Below are positions 45,172-55,662 of a DNA stretch of 64,000 bases, piece by piece (the stretch's first letter is position 1; each line of letters begins with the position of its first letter). Location of the stretch: assembly GCA_000004985.1 (NCBI GenBank), contig GG738860.1; one strand, given 5' to 3'. Source of the DNA: Naegleria gruberi (taxonomy: Eukaryota). The position numbers and the translations under genes are program-made. The notes below the pieces were generated by a model. The model did no database searches. It had not been told where the DNA came from and was given only the letters and a program-made list of their open reading frames with translations.

Positions 45172-45876
45172 TTACAGAATGGTTTCTTTTGGTGTTGTTG
45201 AACTACTAATAACTATATCTGGTGATTCAACCTTAATAAATGGTACAACTACTGTATTATTAGATAAAGAGTTTGGGATTTTGATGGGATTCAATTTCTT
45301 GGGTATTAAAAGTGAATTGTTTTTTGTGATTGTAGGAGTTGACATTGAATTTTTCGAACGTTTGATAGAGGTAGTTGGGGTGTCATCCTTATCAGCATCA
45401 GATGTTGTAGACCCTTCCGAAGAAGTAGTTGGTGTTTCTGCATTATATTTTTCTCCAGCCTTAAGGAGCTCATTGCATGAGGCATATCCTCTCATTGGTT
45501 TCAAATCAATCTTATTAATTTTTGAATTATAGTTAACACCTCCATTAAGAATTGCTGATGATTTTGTGTGTTTTGATGAGGAAAAGTACTCTCTTGGAGA
45601 CATTCCTGCGGGTAATGTTATGGCATCCCCAAGAAGTGATCTCTTCAACATTTCAGCAACTCTTTCCAACTGTTGATCATCCATTGTTGCAGATGGGGGC
45701 TGTTGATGCTGACTATCATATCTATATTGATTGTTGAAAGAGGCGGTATTGCCCATGTTTTTTTGTTGGCGCAAAAACCTGATAGAGTTCTCACAAGTAG
45801 ACATCTTAATATGGATCAGGCTTAGTTGTTGATAATGTGAGAGGAAGTTGCTACAATTGTGCAACAAGCCCATCAA
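45172..45876 (-). CDS. Hypothetical S/T-rich protein; possible N-myristoylated form starting at the internal Met MGNTASF
   Basis: 234-aa ORF. The internal M-G-N-T-A-S fits the N-myristoylation consensus (MGxxxS/T). No domain recognised. Confidence 0.35.
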   Translation of the reverse strand: MMGLLHNCSNFLSHYQQLSLIHIKMSTCENSIRFLRQQKNMGNTASFNNQYRYDSQHQQPPSATMDDQQLERVAEMLKRSLLGDAITLPAGMSPREYFSSSKHTKSSAILNGGVNYNSKINKIDLKPMRGYASCNELLKAGEKYNAETPTTSSEGSTTSDADKDDTPTTSIKRSKNSMSTPTITKNNSLLIPKKLNPIKIPNSLSNNTVVVPFIKVESPDIVISSSTTPKETIL

Positions 45877-45978
45877 CGGAGGTGCGGTTGAGATTTCGTT
45901 TCAAATTACAGCCATTCAGAATTGGTTTTTGGAAACCTTAATAAAAAATTGTGTCCGGTGTTGAATTTGCAAATAAGG

Positions 45979-46006
45979 TTTCTGTATGGACATGTCCATA
46001 CAGAAA
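45979..46006. promoter_or_regulatory. 28-bp perfect palindrome tttctgtatggaca|tgtccatacagaaa
   Basis: It lies in the 237-bp spacer between the start of gene 45172..45876 and the stop of gene 46114..47679. Each half is the exact reverse complement of the other, so it is a candidate dimeric transcription-factor site or hairpin. Confidence 0.4.
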
Positions 46007-46113
46007 TTCAACTTAAGTTTCCAAACAGTACGGAATATCCATTGTGCAATCGATATGAAATAGATTTGAATAGTGATAATAAATCATTGTTTTTCATGAA
46101 TTAATATTTGGTT

Positions 46114-48209
46114 TTACTTTTTCTTTGTTGTCTTCTTCTTTTTCTTTGGTTTTTCAGAAACGGATGAATTGAATAAGGATACAGATTCTTTGCTCTTCTT
46201 TTGTTGGAGTTTTTGTTGTTTGGCAGCAAATTGTTTGGCAGCTTTTTGGTTATGATTTGACTTGTTCAAGAAGGATGGTTTGGACACACTACTGGTGTTC
46301 TTATGGCCTTTTTGGCTTCCTTGTTTGGATGTTGATGATTGCATGATGGATAACAATTCTTGAGAGTTTGAAAATGAAGAAATTGAATCCAAAGATGGAG
46401 TAGGCATCATTGATGATGGTTCATCATTGTCTACGAGAGATAATGATTGTTTTTCAATTTCACGTTTTCTCTTCTTGATGGCATTTCTATAAGCTTCCAT
46501 TTGCTTCTTTTCAGCTTCCTTCTTTTTCTCCTCAGCTTCCTTTCTTTCCTTCCTTTCTACTTCCTGCTTTGTATCAGATTTTGATGTGGATGGGATTGCA
46601 ATCTTTGAAAGGGTCATATTGAGAAGTTTAGAACCTCTGGATGAGAATTGACCATAACCACCATCCTTTCTTTGTAATGTTTTAAGATTTTCTTGATTCT
46701 TTTCCAATTGTGCAGCAAGTTGTTTTGGTGTTAGTTTGGCAGAGACAATCTTCTTTCTTCTTGCCCCTAATATGTCATATTCATCATCGTCATCTCCTCC
46801 AAAGCTCATCATGGACATGGTTTCATCTTCCTCTTCGTCTGAAAGACCGGTAATTTCACTTTCTGCTTCTTCATTTCCATAAATGTCTTCTGCCTCTGGA
46901 TCAGAATCAGAAAATGTGACAAAGTCTCCAATTTCTTTTTCAATTTCCTTTTCATCCATATCGTTCAAGTCATCGAATGTCTTATAGTCCAACACATTTC
47001 CTTCATCATCTTCTTCTTCGCATTCATCTGACATGTAGGCTTGGGCTGCCTTAGCTTCCTCTTTCATATCATCAATATATTTCTTAAGGGCCATCTTTTT
47101 CGCCAATTCCTTTCTTTCTTGCTTTTCCTTTTCTTCTTCAGTAAGCTCAACTGTTTCTTCCTCTTCCTGTTCAGAACTCTCTGCTTCATCTTCTTCAGCA
47201 GGTAAATCTGTGGCAAGAGTCATAGTTTGAGGAAGTGGTTCATTAAATGTATCAGTAATGTTGGTTTCTTCAGGTTTATCCACAACATTATCTGACTCAT
47301 CACCCTCTTTCTTTGATTCATCACCTTCTTCATCAGTAGTGGAAACTACTTGTTCTCCTTCTTTGGCTTCTGTTTCATCTTCATCATCTTCATCATCCTC
47401 ATCTTCTTGATTTGGTTCAAAATCTCCATCCTCATCTTCATCATCATTCATTTCTGTTGGTAACATTGCTCCAGGTTTCAATTCTTTAGTAACAACCAAA
47501 TCAAAGTCATCATCGGATGAATCGTCATCATCCTCGTCATCATCACCATCCATAGCATGTTTCAATGTTGACATTTCCTTATCATCCACAAATTTATCAA
47601 CTCTAATTTCTGGTCGTAAAGGTCTTTTGTGACTTAAATGGTCAATTAGAATTAATTCGAATTCAACACTACGTACCAAGCAAAACTATTAACAATTGGC
47701 CCCAAGTGAGTTAAAATTTTAGGAATCAAATCATCCAATGAATTGATATATTTTACAGGTCTTGAGGGTAAATCTTCATCAATAGTTTTGTTTCTCTTAT
47801 ATTGTGCATAGACTGCATCTTCCATATCTTTAACTTGCTTTTCCTTTTTCTTTGATTTGTTTCTGGATCTCTTCTTTCTACCCTTGGAAGTCTTTTCACT
47901 CTTTTCGGTTGTTTCTTCTTCGTCTGCTTGTTCTCCATCATCATTGTTGGTAGTTTCTTCTTCTTCATTTGTTGTTGATTTTCTTTTCATTGATAAGAGT
48001 AATGATTCATCTACTGGTGCTGCATCATCATCTAACAGGGCATCCAAATCATCAAATCCTCCCATCGAAACTCTCATCTTGGCCAATTGTTTAATTTTCA
48101 TCACACTATCCAAATCTATTTCTTCCTCTTCATCAAATTTTACATCACCACCATCTTGTTGCATTTCCTCATCCTCCGAATTTTCGTGATGATTATTTGT
48201 TTGTTCCAT
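46114..48209 (-). CDS. Highly acidic D/E/K-rich protein (nucleolar / ribosome-biogenesis-like); two ORFs that may be one gene
   Basis: ORFs 47652..48209 and 46114..47679 overlap in different frames. They can be joined by a 35-nt GT-AG intron (donor GTTGAA after ...AWYV + GT). Alternatively they are two genes or a frameshift. They have long acidic runs and a K-rich tail. Confidence 0.4.
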
Positions 48210-48468
48210 TGTTATTGTTGTGGAATCTTTTTTGTGGTATTTTTTTTAATTTATTTGAATGATAACAGTTGGAAAAGGCGGGAAAGAAATTGAGTCTAAC
48301 TATTCCACATTGACAATTACATGACTAAAACAATTTCGTGGAAAATTTAAAGATCAAAATCAATATATCAGTATTTGTCTTGATGATTTGAAACGAAATT
48401 ATTATGACGCTTTGTTTCAGTTCATAAGTATTTTTTGAAATATTTGAAATTATTTAAAAATCTTAAAA

Positions 48469-49833
48469 ATGTCGCAACGATTGAAACCTTTCACTTCTGT
48501 GACTTTTAGTAAATGTTCGGATGTTGAGAAGGCTAAGCAACATCTCCGAGAATATAAAGCAACAGGTGGCGATGAATCTCTTACAAGAGAATACATCTTG
48601 AATCCTTTTATTTATGAGCCTTTGATGAAGTTTGTTCCAAAGACTCTTGCGTAGGTTTTAATAATTTATATTCGGAATGATGACGATCGATAATTGTGAT
48701 AATAATAATGAAAACAGACCAAACGTTATTACATTGGGTGGATTTATGTGTTTATTAATTTCTGGAATTTGTTCTTTTATTACTTGTCCAACTTTCACAG
48801 AACCTGTGCCTTCATGGGTTTTTCTTATCAATGGTATTGCATTGTTTTGGTATCAAACATTGGATAATATGGATGGAAAACAAGCACGTAATACTGGAAC
48901 AAGTTCACCTCTTGGAGAATTGTTTGACCATGGTGTTGATGCTTTAGGTAGGTTGACCAACATCTTTTTGATTTGTTTACATGATCGAATAGCTACTACT
49001 ATTTGTGCCATTTCATTTTTGTGCACATGTGGTCAAGGTGCCTCAATTACTTCTTATGCCATTTGTCTGATTGGTTATGTTCCATTTATTTTTGCTACCA
49101 TGGAGGAATATTATATTGGAGGATTATATTTAGGAAAGATTAATGGACCTATTGAAGGAGTTTTAGGTTTTATTACAATTCAATTTGTTGGATTTTTATT
49201 TGGTTATGAATTCTTCCATAAACCAATGCTTGGTCCAATTCCATTTTGGGTTTTATTCACAGTTCCAACTTTCTGGTAAGTTGACCTATTCGAATCTATC
49301 AAATTTTTGACATTTTCTCTAGTGCAGCAATGTACTCTTCTGCTGAAAATGTTATGAATATTATCAAGAAGATTAAGAGTAATAAGAAGGCTCTTGAGGA
49401 AAATAAGGTATCTGAAGCTGAAAAATCTTCTCCATGTTTTGAAACTGATGTTGTTAAGGCATTCCTTCCAGTCATTCCATTCGGTATTTTAATTGGGTCA
49501 TACTTTGTTATCTCAATGGTTGATCCAACTGTAAAGAGTCATCCATTTGCATTCCTGATTAGTATGGGATTTGGATTTGGATATTTGGCAAGTAATTTGA
49601 CACTTTCATTCCTTCTCAAGAAACCACTAGCCACTTCTTCCTATATGTGTATTTTACCAGCTGTTTATTTGGTTAACACGCTATTAGGATCAATTATTCC
49701 TGGTCATATTTGCTTATTTGCCTGTTTGATTGTTTCTGCAGCCATTTATGTAAATTATGTTTTGTCTATTATTGATGATATTTGCAATGCATTGGGAATC
49801 AACATGTTCTCAATTTCTAAGAAGAAACAATAA
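48469..49833 (+). CDS. Choline/ethanolamine phosphotransferase (CDP-alcohol phosphatidyltransferase family, CPT1/EPT1/CEPT1-like)
   Basis: Exon coordinates:
- 48469..48650
- 48718..49275
- 49323..49833

Introns are 67 nt (GTAGGT...AACAG) and 47 nt (GTAAGT...CTCTAG).

The CDP-OH-P motif is DNMDGKQARNTGTSSPLGELFDHGVD. The N-terminal EPLMKFVPKTLAPNVITLGGF matches CEPT1 [29 protein letters not shown]. About 416 aa. Confidence 0.85.
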
Positions 49834-49835
49834 AT

Positions 49836-50672
49836 TCAAACAAAACATCTGAAGAAACTTTTACTCTTTTCATTTTCTTTAGCATTCAAAGCAACATTTT
49901 CAAAAATGTCTTTGGATTCAATGATAACATGTTCTTCCTTGATTGGTTGAACTAGATCTGTGTTGACAATTTTGAGTCGTTCACGAATAGCTTTTTCTAT
50001 TACTGATACAATAGAGGCTCCTGTTCTAGCTGAACAAGTTGCCTTAAAACAATTAGTTTTTGAGGAAAGGTTTTTGAATATCTCGTTCAATTGTTTTTCA
50101 TCAACAACTGTTGATGGAAGATCAATCTTATTTCCTAATAATACACAATTAATTGATGAAAGATCCACAACTTTCTCAACTTCCTTTATCCAAGACTCGA
50201 TATGCAGCAATGATTCCACCTCTGTACAATCATACACAAATATAATTAAATCTGATTGTCTATAATATGATTTGTGTATTGTTCTAAAGCGTTCCTGTCC
50301 AGCTGTATCATATACTGTTTTAAGGCAATTTATATTTAGTAATACGATCATCATACTGAGTACTAGAAATTATTACTCACTCGTTAATTTTACATTCTTT
50401 TCATCAAGCTTTACTATTTTACTGACAAAATCTACAGCAACTGTCGAAGCTACTGAAGAAAATGTATCATCAATATATCTTTTAATAATACATCTGTGTG
50501 CATAAACGCATTCAATAACAAAATTCCGAAAAATCCAACACCATTCAAAACAAGGGTCGATTAGAGCAATGTATAAAATAATGAAACTTTACGTTTTACC
50601 AACGCTCACATCTCCTAAAAAACAAACTTTCAAAGAAATATCATAATCATCCTCACATTCCAATAAGGACAT
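49836..50672 (-). CDS. Rab-like small GTPase
   Basis: Exon coordinates:
- 50593..50672
- 50381..50493
- 49836..50314

Introns are 99 nt (GTAAAG...CACAG) and 66 nt (GTGAGT...AACAG).

Spliced product: MSLLECEDDYDISLKVCFLGDVSVGKTCIIKRYIDDTFSSVASTVAVDFVSKIVKLDEKNVKLTIYDTAGQERFRTI...LLGNKIDL...CSARTG... TGA stop at 49836-49838, 2 bp from the stop of the preceding plus-strand gene. Confidence 0.75.
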
Positions 50673-51000
50673 TTTTTTTTATGAAATCTTGTGCGCACTC
50701 TGAGTAATAATTCACTAACTGGATTTTGAACAGGCCACAGCTCAGCAAGTCAACCAAAGATTTTAAATCACTCTCTCAAGAAAACCTTAAAAGTGATGGG
50801 CTTAATTTTGAAATTTAACCGGACTTTGAAGATCTTTTTTCTGCTGAAATAGTTAAATTTTTCATCCTAACCAACCAATTACACATTCAATTTATAATCG
50901 AATAAGAATATATATTAGTTTAAATAAACATAAATAATAACACGTGTTTTGTTTTTATTAAAATCTTTAAATTTTCCAATTTTTTACATTAATAAAAAAA

Positions 51001-52421
51001 ATGGCTCCACAAACATCAGCTAAAACATCATCTTCCGAATTAAAAAATCGGAAACAAGATTTGGAACAAATTAAAGATGATGAAATTGAAATTACCAGTG
51101 ATGAAGAGGCTGAACTCTTAAAAGAGGAAGAAGAAGAAGAAAAAAAGAAAATGTTACAGGCTGGATACAAGCCTCCACAGTGGACAGAATCTTTTTGGAT
51201 TAAATGTTTAGGTCTTGCATTTCCAATTTTGCTATCTTTAGGAGATGTTGTTTTATTTGTTTTTGAGTATTTATTTACTAACACTATTGTTCAAACCTTA
51301 CTTGCTTCCGTTTCATTCCATAAATATAGATCATTTTCATCTATTCACAAGTGTGATAGTTGTAAAATTAATTTGGATTTGAATTCAACTGTCACAACCA
51401 ATACGGAAGCATTTTCAGCTTTTAATGAAGTCATGAATATGGATTGGAAGTCTTGTTTAACATGTGTATTTTCAGAGGATGCATCTTTAATTATGCTCAA
51501 CTTTTTATATGTTGCTGTTTGGTCATTCTGTATTTGTTATTATTTCACATGGAGATATGGTGTTAAACTTGGTAAAATTAGAAAGCCAAGTGCTAAAGCA
51601 ATTTTAGTAATTTTGACAATAATTATCGGAATGGTTTTGTTGGTTTGGTATCAATATCAAAATAATGAATGGATTTACTCCATGTCTAATTTTACTGCCA
51701 TTAAGAGAGATACTAAAAATCCATTTGGATTCTTTGGCAATGAAACTGAAATTGAAGCACCAATCGAAGATGATATTACTTCCTTTGTTAGTGAAACAGA
51801 AACCATCAATACTACAATCCCAAATCTTTTAGAACAAGAAGGTACTCAAGTAGACTATCTCAAGATGATTCAATTAATGATTGGTTCTCCAATTGTGGAA
51901 GAAATTATTCTCAGAGTTGTACTTGTCCATATGTTCTTTAGAAGAACTGGTAGACCAGTTGTAAGCTTTGTAATGACTAATACTTTGTTTGCAGTCCTCC
52001 ACATGTTTTCAGTCAACTGGGGAGCATCCTACGTGTACACTTATTATCAAGTTCTTGCTGGTTTTGTTTTGGGAATGTTCTACAGTACTAGATATTATTT
52101 GACAGAAAACTTGGCAGAAAATGCATTATTGCACATTGCTAACAATGTCTCTGCAATCTTCTTGCCAGTTACCTTAACATTTGACGACATCTATCCAAAA
52201 TATGTTATTCCAGGTAAGTTTTTGATTTGGAATTAAGATTTAACCCTCAATTATTAGTTGTTTTGTCATTTGCTTTCTACATTGTCATGTTGATTTTGGA
52301 TCTCAATAAGGTAATGAATATGCCAACAAAGCAAATCGTACCAGTGATTGTTGAGGAAAACAAATCAACTTCCACTCCTCCAACAACCTCAACAAATAAT
52401 GAGGACAAAAAGAAGAAATAA
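51001..52421 (+). CDS. RCE1: CAAX prenyl protease 2 (RCE1)-type / CPBP-family intramembrane metalloprotease
   Basis: Exon 1 is 51001..52213. A 44-nt intron at 52214..52257 (GTAAGT...ATTAG) leads to exon 2 at 52258..52421. The Abi/CPBP motifs are EExxxR (PIVEEIILRVVL), FxxxH (FAVLHMF) and HxxxN (LHIANN). It has multiple TM helices and an acidic N-terminal region. Confidence 0.75.
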
Positions 52422-52549
52422 ATTTTAATATTTATAAATGACTCGTAATCTTATTCGAAACTCAGTTATTGATGAAAATGCCACAGATCAAAATTTTAAA
52501 GCATTGCACAAATAGTTCAACATTCCAATATAATATTTCAACTTTAAAC

Positions 52550-54238
52550 TTAATGTCTCCAACTATTTAGGGTTAGAACTCAATAGTAAAATTAAAAAAC
52601 TTACATCTTCAACATTCTGTCCTTACCACCAGAGGCAGCTTTATCACCACCAGGAGACCAATCGACAGCAAAAACTTCATCGTAGTGACCAGGCATATCA
52701 TTGAGAAGTTGACGTTTTTGAACATCCCACACCTTAGCAGTCGAATCCTTACTAGCAGAAAGTAATAATCTAGAGTCACCACTCCAACAACATTGATAAA
52801 CAGCACCAACGTGACCTCTCATACTACATAAATATTTACCAGTTTGGGCATCCCACAATTTGATTGTCTTATCAAATGAAGCACTAGCAATAAGTCTACC
52901 ATCTGGTGAAAATTTAACTTGATTGACAACTCCCTTGTGACCAGTTAATCTAGCAATTGGTTTATCACTCTTTGAAGGTTCCCATAAAATAAGAGTATTA
53001 TCATCTGAACCTGTTATTATTCTAATTGGTTGAGAACCGAATGTCTTATTGTACAAGCTCAATAAATCTTCCTTTCTCTTATCAACTTCTTCTTTAGCTT
53101 CTGGGAGAGGTTCACAATTGTGATCAAAAGCACCTCTTCTTAAAAAGTATTCAGTACTAACAGACATGGTATTAACCCAGTGAGCATGTCCAGATAAAAC
53201 TTGTACACATTGTTTAGTATCAGTATTCCACAATCTAATAGTACAATCCTGAGAACAACTATACAGAATATCATTCAAACCCCACATAATTCCAGAAACA
53301 CCTTTTGAGTGACCAGAAAGTGTAAATTCCTTTTGTGTCATTACTGTATCCCAAATAATAATTGTACCATCCTTACTACAACTTGCCAATCTCTTACATG
53401 CAGTATTTTTCAAAAATGGTTCCCAACTCAAACCAGTAATCCACTTTTTGTGACCTTTCAATACTTTTCCACACTTTTTACCACTATCTCCATACCAAAT
53501 TTTAATATTGCAATCTTTACTACCACTTGCAAGTTTTTTAGCATCTGGAGACCAAGCAACACATAAAACCCAACTTTCGTGACCTTTAAGAGTATGTTGT
53601 GGAGTTTCAGTATTCAAATCCCAAATTCTAACAGTATTATCACCTGAACCAGTTGCTAATTGTTCACCATTTGGAGAGAAATTAACAGATAAAATAGCTT
53701 CAGAGTGACCTTCAAGTGTTGAAGTACATCTACTGACAGGTCTAACTCTAAACAATGCTTGAGGATGATAGACAATCTTTAAAGGAGCATCTTGTGTTGA
53801 TGCAAAATCAAATAAATCTTGTCTCTTTTTCAAAGCAAGTTGATTTTTAGAATTCAATTGTTCTGTAAGTGTTGCCATTAAAGTATCTCTAACACTTGCT
53901 TGAATTTCTTCACCATTCACAGAGAAGGAATATGGTAATTCTTCTGTATTATCAAGAAAGAGGTTACTATTCAAAAGTTGATTTAATTGAAGTTTAGACA
54001 TGTTAGCATCAATTTCAACTGTAGTACCAGACTTTTCATCATCAATTCCACTCACAAATTCAACAAAATATCTTCTTTCAGATGCAATACCTGTGAGTGT
54101 TTCTTCCGATGAGGTTTTTAATTGTTTTGCTTGATTTTCAATAAGATCACCCGATGATGAAGAGGCCTCATTTGTTGTCGATGTTGTTGTTGCTTCGGAG
54201 AGTTTTCTCTTCTGTGCAGAGGATTTTTTAGCATTCAT
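52550..54238 (-). CDS. NLE1: Notchless (NLE1) WD40-repeat ribosome-biogenesis protein
   Basis: Exon 1 is 52605..54238, with an N-terminal NLE domain (RRYFVEFVSGIDD...EELPYSFSVNGEEI) and 8 WD repeats. A 42-nt terminal intron at 52563..52604 (GTAAGT...AATAG) leads to exon 2 at 52550..52562. Splicing turns the unspliced ending ...KDRMLKM* into ...KDRMLKIWRH*, matching the conserved Notchless C-terminus (...KDKxLRIWRR). Confidence 0.85.
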
Positions 54239-54436
54239 TTTTTTTATGAATTATTTTTTGATGAAGTTCAAAAATAATTATTATTTGTTTTAATCATTGT
54301 TTCAAAGCAGCTTTGGAAAGATGGAAATTTGTGGCTGGAAAGAGTATGTGAAGGTTGTGAGTAAGAATTCTAAAGGATTTATGGAAGGGTTTACTGGTTG
54401 GGATGGGTTAATGTACATTAAAGATGGTGCTGGTGG

Positions 54437-55549
54437 TTAATTTTGGTTGGAACCATCGAGTTGAGCGAAAAAGACTTGAATGAGGTCAAGTTCTTCCTTG
54501 GTGAGGTCTGGATGGTTAATGTCAATTAAAAGGACAACTCGAATATCACTCAATTCTTCTCTTCTTTTTTGTTTGATTTCTTCACTAGATAGTTCTTTTG
54601 GTTCATCGAGTTCTATATTTTCATTGTTGGTGGAGGAGAATAATTGCTCATCCTGATCGAGGATTAGATTGTCATTGGCATCCTTGTAGATTACTTCATG
54701 AACGAAACTATCGTCGAGAATAATTATTTCACCTTCATTATATTGTCTTTCTACATTTTTAACTTTCATAGTGACATGATCATTTACAATTAAAGGTAAT
54801 TGAATTCTCAATTTAATATTTGATACACCACAATGCGGTTTAATATGAGTACCCTTATGAATAATACTGAAATAGACATATCCAATATTTAATCTACAAA
54901 TTCTATCATTAAATCCTAAAATATCTTCAATAATATTTGTTGTGTTTGGAAATAATTTACAAATTTGTTCATCAATCTTTCCTTGATTGACCAAATAAAT
55001 AGCATTCCACTGTCCAGTAACACTACTTTTAATATTATCAATATTCAAATCATCAATATTTAAATAATTGTTAATAAATTCCGATTTAATATCTTCAAAA
55101 TAAGATTCCAATCTCAATTGAATATCACTATAAATACTATAATCATATTTCAATTCATAATTATGATAATTAACATCATAATAAGGTTCATCATTTCCGA
55201 TATGTGGATAGACAAATAAATTTGGATATCTCATACTTTGATGTAATCGATTGGAATTAATCAAAAATTCATATAAACAATAAACAAGCCTCAACTTGGT
55301 CCTCTTCAATTCTTCAACAATATCTGGCAAGGAATATTCCTCCGTTAATTGTTTGATCATCATTTCTTTACAGGCATTAATTTCTTCGCTCGAAGGAGTA
55401 CACTGATCAGTATTGTCCTTTGATGGTGGAGCAGTGGAAGATGAGGATGATAACATTGTGGAGCTATTTTTTCTTGTTAGAACTTGGAACTGGAGTTTGC
55501 TTATGTTCTTATTTAATGAGGGATGAAATATTGTAAAGAAAGTGATCAT
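54437..55549 (-). CDS. Aspartyl/asparaginyl beta-hydroxylase-family 2OG-Fe(II) oxygenase
   Basis: PF05118-type core: IGYVYFSIIHKGTHIKPHCGVSNIKLRIQLPLIVND...EGEIIILDDSFVHEVIYKD. The likely start is the internal Met MLSSSSST. Acidic tail. Confidence 0.75.
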   Translation of the reverse strand: MITFFTIFHPSLNKNISKLQFQVLTRKNSSTMLSSSSSTAPPSKDNTDQCTPSSEEINACKEMMIKQLTEEYSLPDIVEELKRTKLRLVYCLYEFLINSNRLHQSMRYPNLFVYPHIGNDEPYYDVNYHNYELKYDYSIYSDIQLRLESYFEDIKSEFINNYLNIDDLNIDNIKSSVTGQWNAIYLVNQGKIDEQICKLFPNTTNIIEDILGFNDRICRLNIGYVYFSIIHKGTHIKPHCGVSNIKLRIQLPLIVNDHVTMKVKNVERQYNEGEIIILDDSFVHEVIYKDANDNLILDQDEQLFSSTNNENIELDEPKELSSEEIKQKRREELSDIRVVLLIDINHPDLTKEELDLIQVFFAQLDGSNQN

Positions 55550-55662
55550 TTCACACTCAAAAAGTCTTTCAGAATTGTCTATTTTTATCAGTCAACATTT
55601 TCAGGTTTAATATATCAATTTATTAGGGATAATTATTATTAAAATTTAAATATTAAAAAAAA

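Noticed and set aside
45922-46104. 60-aa plus-strand ORF in the spacer containing the palindrome
   Set aside because: It has no start context or homology, and it overlaps the palindrome. It is more likely non-coding regulatory DNA.
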